Below, piece by piece: positions 1 through 42,140 of a DNA stretch of 64,000 nt. Numbering within the stretch: position 1 is the stretch's first letter; every line of letters starts with the position of its first letter. The stretch lies in NCBI RefSeq assembly GCF_009914755.1, contig NC_060941.1; one strand, written 5' to 3'. Both the position numbers and the translations under genes were made by a program. This DNA comes from the human T2T-CHM13v2.0 reference genome, Homo sapiens. The notes under the pieces were generated by a model. That model made no database searches and was not told where the DNA came from. It saw nothing but the letters and a program-made list of their open reading frames with translations.

Positions 1-2
1 AC

Positions 3-849
<847 letters not shown>

Positions 850-1498
850 TTATTTCAAGTACATTTCTCCTGTTCATCTTGCCGGGAAAAATGACCTTTT
901 AATGCTCCTAATAAATAAGGATGTAACCAGAGGTGGGGGTTGTCCTGCAGTCAGGGACGGTTGGCACCAATGACAACCAGGGTCCTGAGGGAGACCTTCT
1001 ACTCCACCCATGTCAGCCATCCAAAATGCAGCTGTTTCTTAGAGTGAGGACACTGGCTCAGGGTTCCCCATTCTCTCACAGGCTTGAGAGGAGAAAGGGG
1101 TCCACTGTCTCACGTCCTGTCCCTGCAGATTCTGGGGAATGAAATGCAGTCGTCTGATATAGATCCCCAAAAAGGTGTCATTGAGACCTACTCAGCATCC
1201 TTCTTATCAAGAATAAAGGACCCTGTGGCTTGGCAGGGGAGTGCTGTTCTGGCCTTCCTCTGAACCACAGTGGCGTATCCTGGGTGCTTTGGTTCTACGA
1301 ACTTATGGGGTAGAAGCAAAGCAGGCATGAGCACAACCTGATCGACTGTGCAACACAATGCTTAAACCAACCTCCAAATGATCTATCCCTAGAATAGCAG
1401 CACCCCTGCCTCCTAAGGCTGACATTATTTGCCTACAACTAGGTTCTCATTTGCCGGGAAGCCTCCTTTCAACCACCTCTCTCTCTGCCGCCTTCCAG

Positions 1499-1638
1499 AT
1501 CTTGTCCACTTTGATATTCCCTCGATCCACATAGAGCTCGGGTCGACGCTCCGCCTGAGTCCCCTGGAGCACATGCGGCGACACTCAGTAACTGACAAGA
1601 GGGACTCGGAGGAGGAGTCTGAGAGCACCGCCCTCTGA
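1499..1638 (+). CDS. ARHGAP44: Last coding exon of Rho GTPase-activating protein 44 (RICH2), ending in class I PDZ-binding motif STAL
   Basis: Pyrimidine tract plus CAG acceptor at 1496-1498. Translates DLVHFDIPSIHIELGSTLRLSPLEHMRRHSVTDKRDSEEESESTAL*, recognised as the RICH2 C-terminus. Lies next to ELAC2. Confidence 0.93.
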
Positions 1639-3085
1639 CATGACACCGCCCATCCTGCCTCGCGTGTACATACATCACGGGCCCTAGGAACGCCGCCAGG
1701 AGCAGCGTCCATGAGCTTGCCAAGTGTTCTCTGCTGGCTCTTTCCTGCCACTGCCAACACGAGGTTGGAATTTGGCAGAAAATTGTGATCTCCAGTCCGT
1801 GTGGTGATGCTGGTGGTGCAGGTTTTGTTTGTTCCTTTCGGGTGGTGACTTCGGCCTTTTGTTTGACCTTTGCCTTTTGACTTTGTGCCTCTTTTGATCC
1901 ACTTTCAGCCTCCATGCCAGAAAACACCCACCTCTCCATCCAAGGCTGGTCAGGAACGTCCTTTGCAGGGTCGGGGTGGTGCGGGAGAGGCTCACTTTGC
2001 CTGGTTAGACCCAAGGGCTGCTACCTTTTCCTTGGACGGCTCATGTCAGGTCTTGCAGGATCAGTTTAATGGCCACAGAAAGGAAGCAGGACAGCAGGGC
2101 CCCTCTCACCCACAACTGGACCAGGTCCAGGATTCTAGCAGTCCTGGGGCACTGACCTTTGCCAGCTACCTGGGGGAGGGCTTGCCACTGGAAAACCTTT
2201 CAGGCCGCCCCCATCAGTGGGCTCCAAAGTAAATGGCTGAAAACAAAAATGTTTCACTTCCTAACAGTTTTCCTTTTTCCACTGTGTGACTGAAAGCTCC
2301 TATATCATTTTATATTTCTGAATCTATAAAACAAAACAAACAAGCCTGACAGTGTCTGGAGGAGCCAAAGGTGGCCTCCCTGTCCCCAAATATATTGGCT
2401 ATATGAGAGTAATTTTACCCCTCTACGTACCTAAAGGCACCCAGTTCACTAGTCTGTGGGGTCCTGGAGCCTGTCTCTTCTTTCTGGAGGTTCAAACTGA
2501 ATAGCAATAATTACGTTACCCAAAGCATGTGGAGGAAAAGTGAAACCAGCCACGGAGACGCTGGCCCACGGGCTCGGCCTGCGGTGTGGCCTGCTTTGCT
2601 CACCAGCGTCAGCCGCTCATTTCCTTCTCATGAAGTCCCATCTGGTCATGGGGACGAGGGCCGGGAGGGCACCGGGTAGCCTTTTCACACTTGGGGATTA
2701 GGGGAGTGAGAAAAGATTTGGGCCATGCATGCAAAGTCAAAGTTTAAAATTTTATCCTTTTCAAATAGATGATATAATATACCTATACATGATATAATAT
2801 TTGTATATATGAAATCTCTCTATATTTGTTTAATTTGAGCCATTCAATCTAAACCAATGTACAGGTGTACAATGAAAAATTTAAATGCTTAGTTATTTTT
2901 CCCAACACAGTGTAAAGTCACCCTCCTCTGAGAGTGGGATGTGCAGAGTTTTGATGTTGCAGCTTTGCTCACTTCCTGGCAAGGGCAGGTCATGCCTCAA
3001 TTTGTAATGGGAGTCTGGGGTAAGGGTGGGGGTTGAAAGTTGTTATCTTTAAATACATGTACAAATCGTTGTCAAAAGTAACGTT

Positions 3086-3091
3086 ATTAAA
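3086..3091 (+). terminator. Candidate ARHGAP44 polyadenylation signal ATTAAA
   Basis: Hexamer with upstream TGTA elements (3003, 3058) and a downstream U/GU-rich tract (tgttcttgcttt, 3121-3132). Confidence 0.65.
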
Positions 3092-3096
3092 ATAGA

Positions 3097-3102
3097 TTTA
3101 TT
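3097..3102 (-). terminator. Candidate distal ELAC2 polyadenylation signal AATAAA
   Basis: TTTATT on the + strand. Confidence 0.6.
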
Positions 3103-3313
3103 ATCCCTGAGCTTGGCATCTGTTCTTGCTTTAATAAACCTGCGGGGACATGGCCGTCAATCTCAAATGCACACCGGGATGGAGCCTGAAGGTCACCACC
3201 TGTGTAAAGCCAGGTCCCTGGCTGATCTCTCGCTTGCTTGTCTTTTGAGTTTTTAAAGCTCTTCTTTTTACATTCTCCTGGGTAGGGAATATACACAATA
3301 AATACTAGATTCA

Positions 3314-3350
3314 ACTTACTTACTTACTTACTTACTTAACTTACTTACTT
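3314..3350 (+). repeat. (ACTT)n tetranucleotide repeat
   Basis: Nine ACTT units with one extra A. Confidence 0.95.
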
Positions 3351-3585
3351 CCTTGGAAAATGCTCTCCATTTGTCGAGCACTAATCCACGTCTGTAAATC
3401 CCGCAAGGAGGACAATGGAAACCAGCCCCGTGTGCCATTTCTCAAAACCTTCGAGGGCAAAGTGATCCTCACTCCTCTCAGTATGGAAGCAACAACACAG
3501 CAAATCTATTGTCTCCACTTTTACCCAGAACCACCAGAAGACTTGCATTTCCCTGACCAATGACACCAGCCCAGCCAGGCTCTCA

Positions 3586-3620
3586 CTGATTGATTTGATT
3601 GATTGATTGATTGATTGATA
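3586..3620 (+). repeat. (TGAT)n tetranucleotide repeat
   Basis: Visible directly. Confidence 0.9.
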
Positions 3621-3864
3621 GAGAAAGCACGCCCTGCTGTGAGCTGGCACAGCTCGAGTTGTCAAAAAGACTTGGCGAATAAGGGTGGCTCTCTGAGGAC
3701 AGGTTCCAGAGGTGCTCACTACGACGGGAGCTGACTTCTTCCAAGCCACCCGGGTACCAGGCAGCTGCCACACTACAGCACAGAGAGCCTTCTCCAAGGT
3801 GGTGCACAGCAGACCCTGATCTGTGCAGGAGGAAGCAAAAGAACTCACAATTGCAAACTCAATC

Positions 3865-3870
3865 TTTATT
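3865..3870 (-). terminator. Candidate proximal ELAC2 polyadenylation signal AATAAA
   Basis: TTTATT on the + strand about 410 nt past the stop codon, followed on the - strand by GU/U-rich ttgtgagttcttttgctt. Confidence 0.75.
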
Positions 3871-4277
3871 GCAGCTGAAATACTATTTTCGTTAAGTCTC
3901 GGACACTTAGACCCACTGATCCTGTTACTCTGCTTGTCTCTGGTGTGCAGGGAATCATTTTGCTGGATTAGAGGAAAGGTGCCGCCGTCTGTTTCCATGA
4001 CTTCTTTAAAAACTGCCTTGAAATGAAATTAGTTCATCTGCTTGCTTCCGTGTGGCAGCCTCCTGGCCCGCAGCTGTGCCAGGCACCAGTCCTAAGAGGC
4101 ATCTATAGACTAGTGCTTATGTGGGACCCCAAGCCTCGGCACAGCTCCATACCACCTATCCTGAGCTGCCTCCTGGGGGACCGTGCTCTTCAGCTTCTAC
4201 CAGCAAGGAGGGCAGATACGGGTGCGTGCGTGGGGCAGAAGACACACAGCCTTCTGAGTTCAGGGTCTCCCAGATCT

Positions 4278-29760
<25,483 letters not shown>

Positions 29761-29984
29761 TTGGAGTTTCGCTAAAACGCTCCTGTTCTCACCAGATAAG
29801 AGCTGTGTCCTCCGGGCACGTCAGTCCCTCAGAGCTTGAGTTAGAGGTGGTTGTAGTGGTTGTGAGGATTAAATGTGAGGAAATCAATTGTATTGAGCAT
29901 TAGCATAAGCGCTTTGCTAATTTTATTTCCATTGTAATTCGTATGCATACATGTTAGAACTTGATCATTTTTACGTGGTGTCCC

Positions 29985-30136
29985 GAGCTTGTAGTCCCAG
30001 CTACTTGGGAGGCTGAGGCAGGAGAATCGCTTAAGCGCGGAGGCGGAGGTTGCGGTGAGTCGAAATCGCGCCACTGCACTCCAGCCTGGGTGACACCTCG
30101 AGACCCTGTCTCAAAACAAAACAAAACAAAACAAAA
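29985..30136 (+). mobile_element. Alu right monomer, CpG-rich
   Basis: tgtagtcccagctacttgggaggctgagg...(CAAAA)n tail. Confidence 0.9.
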
Positions 30137-30563
30137 ATTGTAGTGTTTTTTGGAAAGAAAAGCAAGAATAGAGGACAAGCTCTAAAGCAAGAGTCTTGGC
30201 TCATTTGTTAGCTGCGTGATCTTGACCTCTCAGAGCCTCAGCTTTCTTATGTGTAAAATGTAATAACAGCAATAACAGTATCTCCTACTTCAGAATATAG
30301 AATTCAGTCACCTGATAATATATCAATAGACCTTTGAGTGGCACTGTCACAGAAGAGGCACCCAGTAAATGATAGAAAATTAATACAAAATGTTTCAACT
30401 CCTAGACAATATAGCTGACCAGGGACATCACAGAGGTAGATGTCCCAATACCAGCTTTTTGAAAAAAACACCCAGTCCCCTCTTATGTAGCTAATGAGGA
30501 TTTCTCACTGAAAGGGATATCAGTTAAAGCCGCTAGAAATACAGGGAGCTCCCTTAAAAGAGG

Positions 30564-30650
30564 AAGATAATTTACCTGGAAGCTCCACTCAAATATGATT
30601 TTTTAAAGATAATTTACCTGGAAGCTCCACTGACATATGATTTTTTTAAA
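30564..30650 (+). repeat. 42-bp tandem duplication
   Basis: AAGATAATTTACCTGGAAGCTCCACT..ATATGATTTTTT twice (starts 30564 and 30606). Confidence 0.92.
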
Positions 30651-31064
30651 TAAATACTGAAAGATGTCACTTTTATTCAGGAAGTAAGGGAGATTCAAGT
30701 CATGTAGATTCCTACTCGAAAATCTTGACACCTGACTTTCCAGGATCACATTTTCATATGGAGACCAGTTTCCTCTTGGTTTCTTCAGTTAAGTCAAAAC
30801 TACACGTTCCTCTTTCCCCATATATTTTTGCTCATTAGTGTATTTCTTGAGCTGTTTTCATTCAAATATGAAATTTTTTATGGAAGATTATCACCCACGG
30901 TGTGAAAACGTTTTGTACTTGAAATAACCATCCCAGTGAGGGTCAGGAAAACACTTCAGATCTACTTTACACAGTTAGAGGGCGTTACAAACTGAAAAGA
31001 TTATCATACCACCATCTCCATAAGTATTTGAAATAAAAATGATAGTTTTTAAAAGTTGCTTAAA

Positions 31065-31710
<646 letters not shown>

Positions 31711-33586
31711 ATTAATTCATTAAAACTACTTTTAAAAAGTGTAGTGCAATAAATAAAATACTGATTTTTTTCCTGTGATGACTGCTTTGATCCTTTTAAA
31801 AAATATATCAAATTTCACAAACAAAAATACATTGGTTCCTCTATTTTATTGGTGCCCTATGTGCATATCTATCTGTTGGGTAATCTCAAACTACTTATCT
31901 CAAAATTATAGGAGGAATCACTTTTGGTCATCGACTTATATAAAATTCTGAGGGCTGGATGCTATTTAGGTTGTTTCTAGGGCCCAGTGTACTTTCTGCA
32001 CTTATGCTTTGGGTCATATTTTTATTCCTGGTATATGAAGACAATAGCTAGTACTTCTTCAATCTGAGGTTATACTGGAATGTAAATTTCATGAGCCTGG
32101 GATTTGTCTATCTGGTCCTCTGCTGTATCATTAGCTCCTAGGACAGAGTCTGGCTTGTGGCAGACAATAAATACTAGGAAATTAGAAGCAAGCCAGTAGC
32201 TTAAATGAGGTTTTCAGTTTACAACTAAGCAGGGCCTAAAATTGAATCAAGACAACAATGTATGTGTTTTCTGAAGGGGATTGGTGTGACTGGTACCTCC
32301 AAAAGGATAGTTCAGAGAGTCTGAAACAGAAAAGTGTCTCTGGACTTGCTGGAGTAGAGGCAGCCTGACCATCGGGACAGCAGAGAAAGTGGAAATCGAG
32401 GCGACAGACTTTCAGAAGTCAGTGATATTAACAATTAATATAATACAGCCACTTCCTCTTGCTTTGAGTCTCTTTTTGTTATCCATTTTGTATATGGGCA
32501 GCTTGTGGCTTGAAATCACTTTCAGTCCTTTTGTTGGTCACGGTTGTGTTTAGTAAGAATAGCCTGTCTCTGCTCCTTGCAGTGGCTGCTGGGTGGCTCA
32601 ATGGGAGTGGAACCTCACACTCACAGGTGTGGGTCCTGGGTACTGGCCCTGCTGGGGGTGCTTTGGTTCATTTCCCATTGCCTCTCCATCCATGTAGACT
32701 GTCCACATTCAGTAGTTAGGCTGAGCTTCTCTGAATGGTGGTCAGCCTCCAAAAGGATGAAATGAAATTGCAATGCTTCTGAAGAATTAGGCCCAGAAGT
32801 CAACGCAAGACACAGACAGCACCCACCTAGATTCAAAGGGAGGAAAATTATATTCTACCTCTTGAGGGGAGAAGTATCAAAGTCACATTGCAAAAGAGCC
32901 CTTGACGTGGAAAAGTCCAGGCTTTCTTGGAACCCTCTGATTATCCTACGGGGGGGTCCTATGAAGAGATGGCTGCCAGGCAGAATAATCTGGCCAATGA
33001 ATGCTGGGAGCAGTACATTTTCATATGCCTGTAGTTACAAAGGTATAATTTATAACTTGACTTTCTTCTGTACACGCTTGTAAGTATGGTTGCCATAAGC
33101 TAGTCCACTCATATGTGGCCATCTCTTGGGTATATTTATAAATCAGACTTTTGTACCTACAAAGCTGGGGCAGTTCCTGCGATCCCCAAGATCTGGTGAT
33201 CTGACCAAGGGACACATACTTTGGGACCCTGTCTGAAATACCCTCTGGCTTTCTCCACACAGACATTCATTCATTGATTCATTCAGTACACTCACACACA
33301 CACACACACGAGTTTCTAGACACTCTTCTAGGGTTCTAGATGCTGTACTAAGACCTTGGTGTACAGAAAGATGAACAAGGTCTTGCTCTCAGAAAGCTCA
33401 GAAAGTTGGTGTCTTGGGCACAGGGATGGGGCCCCAGGGCACACAGGAAAACATTATAATAGATGCTTTTGTCTTCATTGGGTCTGAGGTGTTTCTGGTT
33501 TAGAGCCCTAGAAACCCAACAACTCCAAACTTGATGGCCACAATGCATCAGAGGGATAATTGGTTTTTGAAACAAAAGTTACTTTG

Positions 33587-34691
<1,105 letters not shown>

Positions 34692-34889
34692 CACCGGGAA
34701 CCAGAAAGAAAGAAGAAAGGAAAGTAGCTCAGCCTGGCTCAGGCTTGGAGCGGTTGCAGCTCTGCCATAATTAATGCCACCCAAGCTTTATTACCTTTAG
34801 ATCCTCAGGGCCAAGCACGGTGCCCGGGAATTCGTGGAACTCAGCGAGTCTGTGCTGAGGGCATGGAGCATCTGCCCAGCCCGAGTCGC

Positions 34890-35477
<588 letters not shown>

Positions 35478-36080
35478 TCAGAGAAGGCTTCTCACAGAAC
35501 ATATGGCACGATTAGGATTTTGAAAAAATTGAGAGATTTCCAGGATGGCAAGATGAGGAAGGGTATTCTATCCAGAGCGGGCAGCATGGAGACAGGAAAG
35601 GTAGGAGTGTGCCAAGAAGCGATAGGATACACAGCAGTTCACTGAGGGTTCACTTCATCATAGGCACACTTTCCACACACGTGTCCAGATCACCTGCTCC
35701 TCCTAGCGCTCTTGTGAGGTGTAGCCTATTACTATTCTCATTGTACAGATGGGAAACTGAAGCTGAAAGGGCTTAATTTGCAGAAGATTACAAAATTAAG
35801 TAATGCAACTAGCATGCACACCCTAGCTGCTTAGTTCCTGAGTTCACGTTCCTCCCAAGCCACTATTTCGCCTCAAACAGTTGCTATTACTGTAGGATAC
35901 ATTCAGGATGAAGTAGGATGAAGGAGGGTCGGCGAGGAGGCTGGCAGTCGGCGAAAGTCACAACATGAAGGGCCTTGGAGGTTTCCTTTTATCCTTTCAT
36001 CCTGCAGCCCTGCCTCCAGTTCTCCCGGGTCAGAGGAGGGGGCGCAGAATCAGGTCCTAGAGGAGTGCGATGCGCGCCCT

Positions 36081-36098
36081 TGGTCACTAGAGGGCGCA
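36081..36098 (+). promoter_or_regulatory. CTCF motif in a small CpG-rich patch
   Basis: TGGTCACTAGAGGGCGCA. Confidence 0.7.
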
Positions 36099-36421
36099 GA
36101 AGCGCAGGCCCTGGGGAAGGCGGAGCCAGGAGGAGGGATCTCAGATCCCTGCGAGTTTGTTGATTTATTCTCAGGGATCTGAGAATTCTAGAATTCTTCA
36201 GTTTAGCACTTTCCACTGAAGGTATTCTAAAATCATGCACACAATCACTGCAGGGCTGAGGAGGACCCTTAAATAACTAGGAATGCCCCTCGAGTCGGTG
36301 TCCACATTTGCATTCCTGGTTATGGCGCTAATGGTGCCAGATGATCCCAAAAGGACCAGAGTTTACTGTTTAATTCTTCACTCAAACTGGAGCTCAGAGA
36401 TACGTTCTCAGGGGCCTCAAC

Positions 36422-36740
36422 GTGTGTGTGTGCGCCTGTGTGTATGTGTTATGTGTGTCTGTGTATGTGTGCGTGTGTGTGTGTGTGTGTGTATATGCGT
36501 GTCTGTGTGTGTGTATGTGTGTGGGGTGTGTGTTTCTGTATGTGTTGTGTGTGTCTGTGTGTGTGTCTGTGTATGTGTGTGTATGTGTGTGTGTGTATGT
36601 GTTGGTTGTGCATGTGTGTGATTGCGTGTACATGTGTATATATGTTTGTATGTGTATGTGTGTGTATGTGTGTGTATGTATGTGTCTGTGTGTGTGTGTG
36701 AGCGTGTGTGTGTGTGTGTGAGTGTGTGTACGTGTGTGTC
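36422..36740. repeat. Imperfect (TG)n tract, ~320 bp
   Basis: Visible directly. Confidence 0.97.
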
Positions 36741-37067
36741 TTTCATTTAATTGGGTTCTTTATGTTTCTTGCATTTGAGCAATGCTGGTGCAGGATCCCG
36801 TGCTCCCTGGAGGTATCCCAGGAGGTGAGCCTAGGTGTGTCAAGGTGTCCCGTGTGGAGACAGTAATAACCCGGGGTGTCAGGAGCTGTCCAGGGAGAAG
36901 GGTGAGGGTGGTGCGGCTGGCTTCTGTGGAGACGGTGTGGTGCAGTCAGGGGTTCATGGACTTTGGGGTGCTGAACCTGACCCAGAGTAGCCAGGTAACC
37001 TTGGGCAAATGTCTTAGCCACTCTGCACCTTGCTCTCCAGGATTGCCATGAGGATGAAAGGAGGTAG

Positions 37068-39502
<2,435 letters not shown>

Positions 39503-39799
39503 CATTTATTTATTTCTAATTTTTGCCATAGGCGGTGGGGGAAGAAATCAACATGGTGTTTCTGGAAACCACTACTCATGGATTGAAGATGGCAGGTAAA
39601 TGAAATGTATTTGCCATTCTTCATATAATCTTATTTCCCAGCTATCTAGATGAAGACATTGCGTCCCAGAGAGATAGTTACCTTGGCAATACTTCACCAC
39701 TAGACATCCAGTATTCACCTTTCAGTCTAGCAGTGTAGTGATAGGGTCATGAGGAAAGACATATTTGTGTGGATTCTATGACTTTTTTGTGGCATCCTT

Positions 39800-40642
39800 G
39801 TGTTGTTAGTCAGGGTTATCCACAGAAACAGGATGTGAAGATGAAACGATAGATACATAGATAAATAGATGATAGATAGATATAAATATACCTAGAAACA
39901 TAGATGATAGATAAATATAAATCTTTTATTATTTATTTATTTATTTGCTGCTTATTCAGTTTTTGAGATGGAGTCTTGCTGTGTTGCCCAGGCTGGAGTG
40001 CAAAGGCACGATCTCGGCTCACTGCAATGGCATGATCTCAGCTCACTGCAACCTCCGCCTCCTGGGTTCTGGCTATTCTCCTGCCTCAGCCTCCTGAGTA
40101 GCTAGGACTACAGACACATGCCACCACACCCGGCTAATTTTTGTATTTTTAGTAGAGATGCGGTTTCACCGTGTTGGCCAGGCTGGTCTTGAACTCCTGA
40201 TCTCAGGTGATCCACCTGCTTCAGCCTCTCAAAGTGCTGGGATTACAGGCATGAGCCACTGTGCCCGGCCAGATAGATATAAATCTTTTAATAATTATTT
40301 TAAGGAATTGGCTACAGTGATTGTAGAGACAGACAAGTTCAAAATCTGCAGGGTAGGCTGGCAGGCTGGAGACTCGGTGAAGAGTTGCTATTCAAGGCTG
40401 AGGACAGCCTGCCGTCAGCATTCCTTTTTTCTTTGGGAAAGTCAGTCTTTTCTTGAAGGCCTTCAGCTGATTGGATGGGGCCCATCCACACTACAGTGAG
40501 TCCTCTGCTTTACCCAAAGTCCACTGATTTAAATGTTAATGTCACCTAACAGATCTCTCACAGAAACATCTAGAGTAATGTTTGACCAAATACCTGGCTA
40601 CCATGAGCTAGCCAAGTTGACACACAAAATGAACCATAACAC
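39800..40642. mobile_element. MLT2-like ERVL LTR with an inserted Alu (39925-40270, - strand)
   Basis: ttagtcagggtt...taaggaattggct...ctagccaagttgacaca; Alu TSD tataaatctttta. Confidence 0.75.
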
Positions 40643-42123
40643 ATTGGTTGACCTTAGTTACTTCTAAGAAACTGAGTTAAAAGTGGTCTCGTCTGATGTC
40701 GGAAGGAGGGGTAGGGGTGGAAAGAACAAGAGTGGTGGATGCTGGCTGTCCGTTGCTGAGGAAGCGTACCTCCGCCTGCCATGGTGAACTTGGCTTTGGT
40801 GATTTTTAAGGCACTGGAAAACTGAGTACCCTCATAAAAGCAGTAACAGCTGCAATTTACTGAGCACTTACTGTGTGCCAGGCATCCTGCTAGGTGCTTT
40901 TCATGGTTTATCTTGTTTGGAATTACTCTGGCTCCATCTGGCAGACACCATGCACAGCTTTCCCTGCCTGGGGTCAGCTACCTCCTCAGGCCTCTAACTC
41001 AGGAAGTTGGCTGGACACAAGGCCCATGTCTCTGGGACCCACCAATCTTTCCGATCCCTGCTCCACAGATTGGGAAATGTTTTTCAAGAGAGATAACGAG
41101 CAGGAGTTTCTCTTCTCCTTCCTTAGCTTGAAGCTTTTGTCCTCTCCATGTCCCCAGGGGCTTAGGCTTTTGAAACCAAATCCTGGAAGACTTCTTTGTT
41201 CTCAGCTCTCTCTTCTGCCTAATTCCTCCAGAGAGTGGGCCTAGCTCTTTGGTGAGGGAAGGGCACAGGGGGACTTTTCCTGGAAGAAAAAGTTGGTTAA
41301 TATTTTTAAAGACATTACCCCACCTCATTGGTGACAATCGATCATGTCAGCGCATCTCCTTTTCCTGGCCATGTATTTTACTTTTCTTTTCCCTTCCGTC
41401 ACTGCTTCCCTGCGCCTCTATAATGTCATAAAGGAAGGGAGATGAGCTCAAAGCTTTGAATATACCTGACCATTACTGACTCAAGACAATGCTACAGGCT
41501 CCTGTTTTATAAGAGAAAAAGAATTCATGGAAGCTTTTCTGGAATACGGCTTTATGTTCATATTCTACCCACTCCTCTCTCTCTCTCCTCATAACTAAAG
41601 GGAGCTGGTAGCAACCACCCTGCTTTGCAGCTCAGCTGGTAGAATGCCTGGAGAGCAGCCAGTGGCCTGGGTTCAATCTCCTGATAAGTCATCAATTTCT
41701 TTCTCACCCAAAACATCTGGTTTGGGATCCTGAGTTATGAGCTAATATTAAATATAAAAGTTTATAGCATCACATATATAATGCTGTTGATTAGAAACAT
41801 CAAGAAAAGTAATTGACTGGAAGGGACTTGGTGTGACCAGCTGCTTGAACATCTGGATGGTATCCAAGGGGCCTGAATTGAATTCCCAATTCATCCATTC
41901 GTTCTTGGCCAGCAGTATCTGGTTTGGGATCTTTAAAGATTTGATTCTCCTCCTTGGCTATGGCTTTTTCTCAATGTTTTATACATAAGCGTGTGAGTGT
42001 GTGTTTCAGTTAACTGAAAAAAGCTAAAATAAAATCAATGTAGTTTTTATCTTCTCTTGCATCTGTTCATTAGACATTTATGGTTTTTATGATTTCCCGA
42101 GCCTCATCGTGTTACCAACAATG

Positions 42124-42140
42124 AACACTAGGGGGCAGTG
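42124..42140 (+). promoter_or_regulatory. CTCF motif
   Basis: AACACTAGGGGGCAGTG. Confidence 0.65.

Larger units (their letters stand above)
1639..3110 (+). other. ARHGAP44: ARHGAP44 3' UTR (end approximate)
   Basis: Repeat-free sequence after the stop codon, AU-rich distally. ATTAAA at 3086-3091; further AATAAA at 3133-3138 and 3297-3302. Confidence 0.75.
3080..4277 (-). other. ELAC2: ELAC2 3' UTR (short form to ~3845, long form to ~3080)
   Basis: Downstream of the TGA stop at 4278-4280; two AATAAA signals. Confidence 0.7.

Noticed and set aside
36182-36199. Heat-shock element
   Set aside because: Only two correctly phased nGAAn units (TTCTAGAA); the flanking units are mis-spaced
41625-41700. 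Functional tRNA gene
   Set aside because: A/B-box-like motifs are present, but there is no convincing acceptor or anticodon stem. Kept only as a degenerate element under findings.
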